The notes under the pieces: generated by a model
The model's input: the letters and a program-made list of their open reading frames with translations, nothing else
Databases searched by the model: none
Told to the model about the DNA's origin: nothing
Shown: piece after piece, positions 21,034 to 33,135 of the stretch
Layout of the letters: every line of letters starts with the position of its first letter
Numbering within the stretch: position 1 is the first letter of the stretch
DNA from: Thermodesulfobacteriota bacterium
GTDB lineage: Bacteria; Desulfobacterota_D; UBA1144; Nemesobacterales; Mycalebacteriaceae
Direction of reading: 5' to 3'
Assembly: GCA_965198945.1 (NCBI GenBank)
Contig: CBDAQI010000001.1
Location: 192,001 to 256,000 of the forward strand
Length of the DNA stretch: 64,000 bases
Made by a program: the position numbers and the translations under genes

Positions 21034-22657
21034 ATTGTCTTTTTTGCACGGTTTTCTCTTCAGTTCGGACCTTGTCGACCCTTATTTGGTTTGGAAAGAT
21101 ATTCTTGCGCAGACTGGGTCAATCAGCCAGTGTAATATGCAACGGCGAAGTGCAAATTTTATTTTGACTGATTTTCTTTTGGTTTTTCCTCTTTTTTCAA
21201 TTACAGGGGGAAATTTTGTTCTTTTAACGCATTTGCAGGGAATTCTGACAGTAGCTTTGTCTGCGGTCGGGTGGATGTTTCTGAGCGATTTCCTTTTTGG
21301 TTCCGGAAATTTGAGGCGGTCACTTGTTTTTCTTCTTTCCGCGATTTCATTAGTCTGACTTGCTTACGGAGCTGACATTTTGGGAATAATGATTTTGACT
21401 AATGCTCACTATTTGACCTGGGCTTTAATCCCGTTTTGTCTTCTGCTTTTTTACTTGTCTTCATTCTCCGCAAAACCGCTTCACAGGGTTGTTTGTTCTT
21501 TCCTGCTTTTGGCTGTTTGCTCCGGGATTTTCTATTCGGCCCCCGCTTTTGCCGTTTGGTTTGTTTTTCCGGCCTTTGTGGCGGGCTGTTTGTTTTATTT
21601 TTTGTCGGGACTGAGAAATCTGTTCTTTCCAATATTTGCCATTTTTGCCGGTATTTTTTGCAGCCGCTTTTTTGAAATAATTATTCTCAAAAAGGCCCAA
21701 AATGTGACAGTTCAATACAAAGGCTTTGCAAAAAATTGGACGGATATGATGGAATCTGTATCAAACTTAGCGGCGTGGTTTTTTGATGCAGCACAGCGCC
21801 ATCCGTTTATCGCAGTTGCATGGGTCGCTTTTTTTGTTGTTTTGATTAAAATGCTCGCTTCAGAGATTTTTGGTAGAAAACGTAAATCTTTGGCGGAAGG
21901 TAATAAGGTTCTTTTTGTTCGCCTGTTTTTTCTGTTTTCACCCGTCTGTTCTGTTGCCACTTGTTTTTTAACAGGAAACTATCATTTCCATTCGCATTCT
22001 GAAAATCCTTTTGAAATGAGATATTTTATTCCGGCGGTTTTTTCACCGCTGTTTATAGGATGGGCTTTTACTGTGGATATTGAATCCGCATTTTCAAGGT
22101 TGAGATTAAAAATTCCATTTTCTGCGTTTTTTGTCTTTTTTTCGTTTTTTCTTATCGCAGTTGGGGTTCCCGGGGCGTTAAAGCTGAAGAAAAATGCGGC
22201 CAGTTTTTCCTATTACTATCCGCAGACGGTCAAATGTTTTGATGATGCCGCCTCAAAATTTGGTCTTAAAAAGGGCTTATCAACCTACTGGTGGGCAAAG
22301 TCAACTATGGCAGTTTCAAAAACGGACGGAATTGGCATAGGAAATGTCACTGTCTTTCCCGACCGAAACGGGAGAAAAGTTATATATAAATTCTTCTGGA
22401 ATATTAACGGAAGGTTTTTAGAAGGTCCTTTTGATTTTATAATTACAAACAGCCGTCAATTTCCCTCAAATCAGAATCTGTGTCTCGGTGAGTTCAAAAG
22501 TGCCTGCGACTTACGTATTGGGACAACAAGAAACATAGATGATCCCACTTCATACATCCTGAGACCTGAAGATGTGGTTTATTCGGTTGGTGGCACACCG
22601 TCCGCGACTGTTTACTGCGACGAGATTGAAATTCTGGTTTTCAACCCGCCGATTTGA
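21014..22657 (+). pseudogene. GT-C-like polytopic membrane protein, disrupted
   Basis: FSSD motif after a TM; in-frame TGA 21356-21358 joins 21014-21358 to 21380-22657; RYFIP and YWWAK motifs. Confidence 0.65.
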
Positions 22658-22675
22658 TTTTGGTTCAGATTTGTG

Positions 22676-24289
22676 TCAGTCAGGTTTTCTATATGGAGTA
22701 AGGGGTAAAGGATTTGTTTTAATTCCGAGTTCTGTGGCGAGACTGCCTATATTGTCCCAGTTAGGATCAAATGTATTGTAATAGTGATCTGCGAGAGGCG
22801 TTACCGCTTCAGGCGTGAGATTTTCGTATATCGCCCATTCTTTCCAGCCCGGAATTTCACCTAACTTTTTGAAGCCTTTGAACTCTCTTACACTAATTGC
22901 CGGCGTAACTATATGGCTCGCTATTGCAATCAGTTTTGTGCCTGAATTAAGAGCGTTTTGAATGGTTTCGTGGTTTTGAGGGTCAGCAACGAAATATGAT
23001 GGAATATTTTTGTGAAGGTAAAAATATCCGCCTGAGAAAATCTGGTTTCCCGCAAGCCACAAAATGCCGCGCACTTTAGAGTCCGGCAGTTTTGAAAGTT
23101 GTTTGGCGGCAACTATACCCGGAGTTGTTGATGAGCTTGTATAGTGCGTGTAATTGTCAAGAGCAAATTCCATTTTCGGCAGTTTTCCTAAAAATCCGGC
23201 GGCTGAGACTAACAGAAAAAATACGCAAATGATAAGTTTTATTTTTTCCCCGGCCAAATCTGCGTTTCCTGCGGCGACAATCAGAAGCAACGGAATTACA
23301 ATAAAGACATTTCTGTATTCTCCTGCTTCGGGAACCATATGAAAAGCCAAAGTAATAAAAACTGCCAAAATCGGAAAAAAAAACCTTCTTACTGTTATTG
23401 TCCCCGTGATTAGAAAAATTACATGAAGTCCTAATGATGCCGCGCCAAGTTTCAATATGTCTGAATACCAATTTTCCAAATGCGCATCAAAAAAATCCAG
23501 ATGTAGAAAGGCCGGAGATATATTGACCATCGCAAACCATGAGTGGAAAAGCTGTCCCCATGTCAGAAAATCAATTAATCCCCAAACTGCAAGAGCGGCA
23601 GTTCCGCCGCAGATCGCCATGAGACGCACGCGGTTTCCCGGAAGTGAAATAAGCCACATAAGTCCAAAAACGGCCACTGTTGGGGCAAACAATGGGCGAA
23701 ACGCCACGGTCAGACCCAGCAGAAATCCGTAGGCGAGTATTTTTTTGTTTTCGTTGCGCGACAAGAGGGCGAGAGCCCCGAAGAAAAAAGCCGTAGCATA
23801 TCCCTCGGCAAGTGTGCGTGGCGCAAAAACAATCAGTTCATACCAGAAAGCTCCGAAGACAAATGCGAGACGCGCTGCCTTTTCTGATACGGAGCGGCGT
23901 GTGAAAAAATACATTCCCATGGGTATCGCCATTGATATGAAAGCGTTGAATGAATAGACAAACGGAGCATAAAATGAAGGTGAATCAAGCCCGGTTGCCT
24001 TTGAAATCCACAGAGGAATTGCGGGAATTGCCGGGATAAGCCATGTGCGAACACCGAATCTGTATTCCCATGGGATAAATCCGTATCCAAAAACCCACCT
24101 GTGCGCCTGCTCAAGGTAGTTCATAAACTCATCCGCGTAGGCATGGCAGTCGCATGTAATGGCAACCACCATTCGCACGGTGAAACCCGCCGCCATGACG
24201 AACCAAAACCATCTCCAGATTTTTGTTTTTTCCGTTCTTTCTGAATTTGAGAAAAGGGAAAACGTGCAGAATCGTATGATTGTTTGCAT
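22676..24289 (-). CDS. ALG9/PIG-B-like mannosyltransferase (GT22, GT-C fold)
   Basis: DEFMNYLEQAHRWVFGYGFIPWEYRFGVRTW resembles the GT22 first-loop signature; many TM helices. Confidence 0.8.
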   Translation of the reverse strand: MQTIIRFCTFSLFSNSERTEKTKIWRWFWFVMAAGFTVRMVVAITCDCHAYADEFMNYLEQAHRWVFGYGFIPWEYRFGVRTWLIPAIPAIPLWISKATGLDSPSFYAPFVYSFNAFISMAIPMGMYFFTRRSVSEKAARLAFVFGAFWYELIVFAPRTLAEGYATAFFFGALALLSRNENKKILAYGFLLGLTVAFRPLFAPTVAVFGLMWLISLPGNRVRLMAICGGTAALAVWGLIDFLTWGQLFHSWFAMVNISPAFLHLDFFDAHLENWYSDILKLGAASLGLHVIFLITGTITVRRFFFPILAVFITLAFHMVPEAGEYRNVFIVIPLLLIVAAGNADLAGEKIKLIICVFFLLVSAAGFLGKLPKMEFALDNYTHYTSSSTTPGIVAAKQLSKLPDSKVRGILWLAGNQIFSGGYFYLHKNIPSYFVADPQNHETIQNALNSGTKLIAIASHIVTPAISVREFKGFKKLGEIPGWKEWAIYENLTPEAVTPLADHYYNTFDPNWDNIGSLATELGIKTNPLPLTPYRKPD

Positions 24290-24312
24290 CTTTTAAAACC
24301 TCGGACAGTCGC

Positions 24313-24350
24313 ATTATAGCACATAACACAGACCGTACCTTTGCTATAAT
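24313..24350. promoter_or_regulatory. Back-to-back extended -10 promoters (TGCTATAAT on each strand)
   Basis: ATTATAGCA 24313-24321 and TGCTATAAT 24342-24350 between divergent genes. Confidence 0.55.
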
Positions 24351-24432
24351 ATGAAATGAAATTTGCCTCCGATTTTATAAGTAGCCGAAATATAATATTT
24401 CCCAAGCCAGTTCTGTTATACTGTGCGGTTTC

Positions 24433-25787
24433 ATGTCTGAAAAATTAACACTTTTCTTGGCACTCTTGTTTCCGCAATTCTTGCAGGTGTGTTTTCCTCC
24501 ATTGCAAACTATGAAGGCGTCCTCTTCTTGCCCGACAGTTGGAACTAATGACAAAGGGCTTTGTCACTTTTTCAAGGAGGCGGTTACAGCAATTTCATCC
24601 CAAGTGATTTTCACCACACTCCTATAAACAATTGGCCTCCTCTCTAAAGTCTTTACCCTGCAGGGACGCAGTGGCTTTTTTGAATGAGTGGTTTTTCTCT
24701 TGCTCTGTCTCTGGTTTTTATCGTAATTGGCTCCGCTTTTGTCTGGATTTATCTTTTCTGTTCTCTTTGTGGGAAAGAGAATGGCCGGGGTCGTATTGCA
24801 CTTGTGTCTTCAATCGCGTCCATTGTTTACTATTTTCCCGAGATTTTTGTCCTGAAAAAGGCGGAAAATTAATGAGAATCTTTTACGGCTTTTTCTTTTA
24901 GTTGCAGTATATTCATGTGCAAAACGAACTTGTTTTTTATTCCCGTATTTGGCTCGGTGTGCTATTCTTTTTGAAAATAAGGGGTTTGTGGCGTTTAATA
25001 ACAGTTTGTTCAATCTTAAGCGTTTTTCAGTTTTAATTTGCCTGGTCTTTTTAAATTTTTGTGGAGTCGGGAAACAGCGGTGTGGAATTTCATTTGGGTC
25101 AACATTTTTTAAAAACTTTCCTATATTTCAAAAATTTTATGTGGACTTGGAGTATTGCTTTTTTATTTGGCGGAGAGTTGTTATGTGTTTCAGTTCCAAT
25201 TACTTTTTTTTATCTTTTTCTCCGTTTCAATAAATGCTTCCTTTAAAAGGGAACGGTTCAATGCCTTAAATTTGATAGTTCTGGTTCTTTTTACAAAATG
25301 CCGGAGTGATTTTTGTTCTTAACATATATAAATATATCGGAGAAATTAAGTCTTTTGAAGAAAGATATGGTTTGTGAGCTGCTGTCGCCCTGATGGGGGT
25401 TTTCGCCGTTGGTTTGTCACACTTAAGGCTGGAACCAGAAGCGGAAGTTTCTATTTGCCGTTCGTGTTTTCAAAACAGCGGTTCTGCCTGTTGCGTTTGC
25501 ACTTGTATGTGCCATTCAGATTTTAACGCTGGCGAATATGCGTTTTCAAGTCTTTCAATGCAAAACCCACTCCCGGTTGCTCCTATCACCATGAGCAATG
25601 TTTTATGTTTTATATGGCGCGTTCTCTGGAACCACCCAATAAAACTCGGTATATAATTTATAGTCTTCCCACTCAACTGCCGGATGGAGGCCTCCTTTTG
25701 GCCCTTTCTGGCTATTGGCAATATGCCAAAGATGCGGACGGGAATTTATTTCCACCACCAAATTTAGATTCTGTTGAGGGCCTATGA
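24433..25787 (+). pseudogene. Heavily decayed membrane protein, paralog of 27947-29528
   Basis: Reconstructed LVSAILAGVFSSIANYEGVLFLPDSWN**QRALSLFQGGGY...WPPL*SLY aligns with 27947 LVSALIAGVLSWTFNYHGVFMGPDSWAYWEGSVSLLEGFGY...WPPFYSSY. Confidence 0.8.
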
Positions 25788-25839
25788 GAACAGGATTCTG
25801 CCTCTTTTGAAGACATTACCGTGCCGGCTACTCAAGAGT

Positions 25840-26065
25840 AATCTGTATTGCCAAGGGATGTTCTTAGACTAAACCCGCCTGTAAATTTGCCCCAGACAGT
25901 CCATGGACTCATCAGGGTATGTGTGGCAGTAGTGAGTGGGCATTACTGTCATTCGTGCCGCGAATCCTTTGTTTTAATAAACAAAAACCATCTCCAGATT
26001 TTTATTTTTTCCACTAAAATTAAAAAATGCAGGAATTTTGCAATTAGGATATTCGGTTGGTTCCT
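25840..26065 (-). pseudogene. Relic 5' fragment of a second GT22 copy
   Basis: AAAACCATCTCCAGATTTTT at 25984-26003 is identical to 24205-24224; further colinear matches to about 24057-24150. Confidence 0.75.
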
Positions 26066-27750
26066 TTAAAAAATCATTACAGAAAAATCAGGAAAGTTTT
26101 CTGCACGGGACTTGAGCAAAGCGCTTATTTCAGAGGCGCGGCTTTTTGCCGCAAAAATTACATAGCTGTCAGACTGACCAGCCGCTTCATAGTGACTTAA
26201 AAAAGCGGAGACAAAGTCCGTACTGAAAATGCTTTTATTGGGTTGATAATATGAAACAAGAGAAAATATTTTTCCTGTTTTTGGGATAAGGAAAACATCT
26301 GCTATTTCATCTTTGAGAGTGGTAATTTGGGCGGACATGTAATCGTTTAGTAACTCTTCTTTGATCGTTGCAATTTCTATTAACTCCATAATAAAAATGG
26401 GAAGATATGAAATTTCCTGCTCCTTTTTGTAGAAAAAATTTTTGCAGAGTGTTGGTAGATATAGCTCCTCATGTCTCCGACTCCGATTTCCGTTTTCAAA
26501 CCTTCCATATTTTTCAAAAGATGTTGAATTTCTCTTTCAAGTTGTCTCGCAGGTTCTACTGTGCGGACAATGTGTTCTTTTCTTTTCAATGATATTTGCA
26601 AAGGACTCTGTTTGTCGCCGTAAGGTAACGAAAGAGCCATCAGAGTTGCAATGAGCTATCCTCACAAAACAATATGTGTTCTGCCCTTCTTCATCCCTTT
26701 CCAAACTGACGGTTCTCCAGCAAGGATCAGAAGAGGCGGTATTAAGTAGCACATCTTGTCAGTTCCTGTGCCCCAAAGAGATGAACTATAAAGAAGTATG
26801 GGAAAAATTATCACGCTCATAATTGCCGAAGCGAGAACGAATTTTTCGCGTGTCATCAAAGCCCCCGCTATGACTGCCATGGCCAGACTTCCCACAATTA
26901 CCGGAAACCTTTTATCTTTATCCCAAAAGTCGGTAAAATACACCTCTGAGTTAAATTGGAGCAGTTTTACTTGACCCTCCAGCGAAAAAGACGGATGCAA
27001 AAAAACTCCCAATCCAAAAACAAGAAAAATTGCCCCCGCTCCCACATTCCATTTGATTCCACGCTCACGTATAATCAACGGGAGCAGAATAATAAGTGAT
27101 ATTCTCGCTTGAGAGGCGTTGACAACTGCGCATACAGCCAGCCCGAATCCGGCAAGAATCATTGCAAGGAGTGAATTGCGAACATTAAAGCCCGAAAAAA
27201 AAGCGACGGCGGTTCCAAACAGAATTGCTGTCTCTTTAAGTTCAAATCTTTGGGGTATTAGGCACACAAGAAAAAAGATAAATACCAATATCGCCGTAGA
27301 CCCGGCATTCGTTCCTAACCTTTTTATGAATAAAAGCGACATCATAATGACAGATGACCAGAAAAGAATAGTAGCTGTCACCTTGTCGGCTGTGAAAGGA
27401 TTTTCAAAAAAGGGAATCAAAATTGAGCCGAACAGATAGGCATATGAACCGTATGCTAAAAAATTAATGTCTCCTTCCACTCCTGAGAAAAATATGGGCT
27501 GTTTGAAGGATGTGGCTTTTGAAAGAAGAGTTACGGTTGCGGGATTATGATCAAGGTGTATGGGAAGTCTAATCCATTGGAAACTATAGTCGACTATCCA
27601 TACAACGCACAGCACAGACAGAACTGTGCAGACAAGCTTGAGTTTGCCTCTCAAAAATCGTGAGAGAATCTCCTCCGAGCCGAAATGGAAAATAAGTCCG
27701 GAGGACATTCATAAAGCAAAAAGTGCAATCCATACGGCAAGCTCATACAT
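26066..27750 (-). pseudogene. Polytopic membrane protein (GT-C-like), disrupted
   Basis: ATG 27750 MYELAVWIALFAL*, in frame with 26662-27708; downstream fragments 26380-26752 and 26066-26389 in other frames. Confidence 0.6.
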
Positions 27751-27760
27751 TTCTCTTCTT

Positions 27761-27843
27761 TACCGAAGGAGGGACTTGAAACCCCATGGATTGTGCTCAC
27801 AGTATTCTGAATTCTGCGCGTCTGCCAATTCCGCCGTTTCGGC
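27761..27843 (-). pseudogene. Degenerate tRNA-Leu(CAG) copy
   Basis: Full-length match to 29543-29626 with about a dozen changes breaking U8, the anticodon stem, variable arm and T stem. Confidence 0.9.
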
Positions 27844-27946
27844 TTTACGCACAATTTTAAAACGCAAAAACCTTTTTTTCAAGGTATGTAATTCCACCTG
27901 AAATGTCTTTTCACCCGTTTTTTATTTATATTTGATTTGGTTCTAT

Positions 27947-29528
27947 ATGTTTGAAAGAGTGAACATTTTCCCGGCTCTTGTTTCCGCTCTGATTGCGGGA
28001 GTTTTGTCCTGGACTTTCAATTATCATGGGGTATTTATGGGTCCGGACAGCTGGGCGTATTGGGAAGGCTCGGTTTCTCTTTTGGAAGGTTTTGGTTACA
28101 GACATTTCTGGGGGAGGCCCTTAACCGAGTGGCCGCCTTTTTATAGCTCCTACCTCGCGTTAGTGCAGAAGTTTTTCGGCATAAGCGGATTTTCTCTGGT
28201 TTTGTCTCTGATTTTTCTGGCGGCCGGTTCGGCTTTTTTGTAGACTTATCTTTTCTTTGCGGAAAATCAAACATATGGGTTCACCTTGCGGTTTCTCTCG
28301 CATCTATGCTTTCCTCTATGTCCAGATACATAATTTCGGATTTTCTCAGCATTTTTCTTACTAGTGCTTTGCTTGTGTTGGTTGCGCGTTTTTTTCTCAT
28401 ATATCGCCCATTTTTTCTTTCTGGATCAAGAGGGGCAGGGATGGCGAAAATCAGTATTTGCTCTTTGCTTTTTGTCGCAATTCTGTCCGCCAGCATACTC
28501 ACGCGCAAAATAAACGTTGGTTTGATTCCTGCAGTTTGGGTTGCGGCCTTTTTCTTCTTTAGGGGCTTCGCAACCAACTGGCGGCGTCTGGTTTCTTATT
28601 TGTCCGTTATAACATTTGCCGCTATTTCTGTTGATTGGCTGGTCAAGTCTGTTTTGCTTGAACCCACACAGACAGAGATTTTAACATTTCAATTTAGGGT
28701 TCATTCATTTCAATTTGGGGTTCATTATAAAAAATTTTTTGATTTTCTGTATCAGTTTTTATATTGGCTCGGAGCATCGCTCCTGCTTGAATGGGATGCG
28801 GATGCTTTCAATGAAATTTGAGCCTTTGTAATGATTACCATGGTTGTGTATTTCCTTTTTGTCAGGATTCGCTTATGTTCTAACAGGATAAGAGTTGCGA
28901 GAGCGGTCTTTCTGCTTCTGGCTTTTCAAATTGCGGGAATATTCGGGGCGATGACTTCAATATCAGAAATGCCTTCGGGAATATCTTTATACTTTGAACA
29001 GAGATTTTTGTGGCAAATAGCCTTGTTTCTCACGGGCTTTTTTGCAGTTATTTTGACCCGATTGCCAACCCATTTAAAATTGATAACATCCAATATTCCG
29101 TTTCGTTTGAGCTCCGTATTGGTTCTTGCCTTTTGTCTGTTGTGCGGAGTTCAAGCGACGAGAGCGTTTCACGGTGGGGTTTCAGGGTGCTGGACCGGAA
29201 TTGGCCTCCGGGTTCTATAGGCAGACCATATGATAATATGGGAAATATTCATTCCGGGATTGCGTTCAATACTTCTTATTTTTCCCGAATACGCAAGCAT
29301 CATACTATTACATTCGGCTATAAGTATCGTCCTCCGGTCCAATTTCAGGATGGCAGACTTCTTATACCTACGCGTTCGATGGCCTGGCTTTGGTGGCTCC
29401 AGCCCGATGATCCGAGTTGCCTGTCCCCCATTCCGACATCGGAACATGTTTGGAACAGAAAGTTTGAAGAATTTTCTTGGAGAGTTTATAACTTCCGCCG
29501 TGCGGACAGCAGACTGTGCAATGAGTGA
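27947..29528 (+). pseudogene. GT-C-like membrane protein (PDSWxYW motif), disrupted
   Basis: TAG 28241-28243 (Trp in the paralog), frameshift before 28306, TGA 28819-28821, frameshift near 29170. Confidence 0.75.
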
Positions 29529-29542
29529 ATCCGCGCCGTTTC

Positions 29543-29626
<84 letters not shown>

Positions 29627-29689
29627 TTATATCTGCGCACAATTTTAACACGCAAAAGTAGTTTTTTCCCATGGTATGAAAATCCTTTC

Positions 29690-29717
29690 TTGACAACAAA
29701 TTGCCGGTGATTATCTT
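29690..29717 (+). promoter_or_regulatory. Sigma70-type promoter for groESL
   Basis: TTGACA-16 nt-TATCTT. Confidence 0.6.
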
Positions 29718-29751
29718 AAGCCTTGCCTCGGGGCGGGTGAATTGTTTTGCG

Positions 29752-29778
29752 TTTGCATTACGGGCGCCCTGTTGCAAA
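29752..29778 (+). promoter_or_regulatory. Degenerate CIRCE-like inverted repeat
   Basis: TTTGCATTA-N9-TGTTGCAAA between promoter and groES RBS. Confidence 0.45.
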
Positions 29779-29810
29779 AGAAAATATTTCAATATGGAGG
29801 ACAGTTTATA

Positions 29811-30110
29811 ATGGCTTCAAAGGTAAAGTTCAGACCGCTTCATGACAAAGTTCTTGTAAAACGGCTGGACGGAGAGGAAAAAACCAAAGGCGGTATTATT
29901 ATACCGGACACCGCTCAGGAGCAGTCCCAGGAGGGTAAGGTTGTCGCCGTTGGCAACGGCATTGTCGGAGAAGATGGAAAGGTGAGAAAACCTGATGTAA
30001 AGCCCGGAGACAACGTTCTTTTCAGCAAATACGGCGGAACCGACATTAACATAGAAGGCGAAAGTTACGTTGTTATGAAAGAGGAAGACATACTTGCCGT
30101 TGTCGGGTAG
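29811..30110 (+). CDS. groES: Co-chaperonin GroES
   Basis: [31 protein letters not shown] before ATG 29811. Confidence 0.98.
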   Translation: MASKVKFRPLHDKVLVKRLDGEEKTKGGIIIPDTAQEQSQEGKVVAVGNGIVGEDGKVRKPDVKPGDNVLFSKYGGTDINIEGESYVVMKEEDILAVVG

Positions 30111-30124
30111 GTATAAGGCTCTGA

Positions 30125-31801
<1,677 letters not shown>

Positions 31802-31824
31802 TCCCCGCTTTCTCGGTGTAATAT

Positions 31825-31864
31825 AAAAAGCCGGTGTTGTTTTGTGAGACAACACCGGCTTTTT
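31825..31864 (+). terminator. Rho-independent terminator
   Basis: AAAAGCCGGTGTTGT-loop-ACAACACCGGCTTTT after groEL. Confidence 0.9.
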
Positions 31865-31880
31865 ATGCGGATTTCACTTT

Positions 31881-33125
31881 ATGAAACTTAAAAAGTCAGA
31901 GACCAAAAGCGGCGGTTTTTTACTGCCCGCGATTTTGGCCGGTGTGGCCCTGGGAGTTTTTTCAGGGGCTGTTTTCCCGGAATTCAGTTTATCTCTCGGT
32001 TTTATCGGAGAAATATTCCTTGACCTGCTCAAAATGATGGTCATCCCCCTTGTGGTTGTGAGTATAACCCTCGGCGTTATGAAACTCCGCGATTTCAAGT
32101 CTGTGGGGGTAAAAACTCTTCTCTACTACACGGTTACGACCGCCATTTCCGTTTGCATAGGCATCTTTGTCGTGTCTTTTCTTCACCCGGGGTCGCCTGA
32201 GACTCTCGGCGGTATGAGTGAAGAAACCAGAGAGCAGGCTGCCATGCGGGTTGAGGGAAAGACCGCCGGGGCCGAACAAATACTGCAAAGTATGGTCACT
32301 CCCAACGTTTTCAAATCCGCCGCCGATTTTCAGATACTTCCCCTGATAGTTTTTTCTCTTCTTTTCGGTCTTGCCCTTGCACGCACGGGCGCGCGCGCCG
32401 CTCCGGTTGAGTCGCTCCTGAATTCTCTTGACGGGGCGATAATGAAGCTTGTCCACTGGATAATCAACCTGACTCCGGTGGGTGTGGCGTGCATAATTGC
32501 CGCGAGAATAGGAAAGGCCGGAGGCGGTGAGGCGATTGCCGCCATGGCGGTGGGAATCGGCAAGTATATGATTGCCGTTATACTCGGACTTGGGATTCAT
32601 GGTTTGCTGGTGCTGCCGGTTGTTTTGTTTGTTTTTACGCGCAGAAATCCTTTTCAATACATGAAACAGATGAGTAAGGCTCTACTTACGGCTTTTTCCA
32701 CGGCCTCTTCCTCGGCGACTCTTTCTCTCACAATGATGAACACAATTGAAGACGCGAAGGTTTCTCCGAAAGTGGGGCGGTTTGTGCTCCCTCTCGGCGC
32801 GACCGTGAACATGGACGGCACAGCCCTTTATGAGGCGGTCGCCGTGATATTTATAGCTCAGGTCTACGCAGTGCCGCTTGACTCAAGCGCTCTTGTCATC
32901 ATATTTCTTACGGCAACGCTTGCCGCCATAGGAGCTGCGGGAATACCCGAAGCGGGTCTTGTTACGATGGTGATAGTGCTCACAAGCGTCGGGCTTCCCC
33001 TTGAGGGAATAGGTCTTCTTTTGTCGGTTGACTGGCTTCTTGACCGCTTCAGGACCACCGTGAATGTCTGGGGAGACAGTGTTGGCGCGGCGGTTGTGGA
33101 CAGGATGACACAGGCGCGATCTTAG
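31881..33125 (+). CDS. Dicarboxylate/amino acid:cation symporter (DAACS)
   Basis: AFSTASSSAT, GATVNMDGTALYE, DRFRTTVNVWGD. Confidence 0.95.
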   Translation: MKLKKSETKSGGFLLPAILAGVALGVFSGAVFPEFSLSLGFIGEIFLDLLKMMVIPLVVVSITLGVMKLRDFKSVGVKTLLYYTVTTAISVCIGIFVVSFLHPGSPETLGGMSEETREQAAMRVEGKTAGAEQILQSMVTPNVFKSAADFQILPLIVFSLLFGLALARTGARAAPVESLLNSLDGAIMKLVHWIINLTPVGVACIIAARIGKAGGGEAIAAMAVGIGKYMIAVILGLGIHGLLVLPVVLFVFTRRNPFQYMKQMSKALLTAFSTASSSATLSLTMMNTIEDAKVSPKVGRFVLPLGATVNMDGTALYEAVAVIFIAQVYAVPLDSSALVIIFLTATLAAIGAAGIPEAGLVTMVIVLTSVGLPLEGIGLLLSVDWLLDRFRTTVNVWGDSVGAAVVDRMTQARS

Positions 33126-33135
33126 GAGATTGTAA

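Noticed and set aside
27761..27843. Second functional tRNA-Leu or classical attL/attR
   Set aside because: U8 is lost and several stems are mismatched. The duplication includes the 5' flank rather than only the 3' end, and no integrase was seen.
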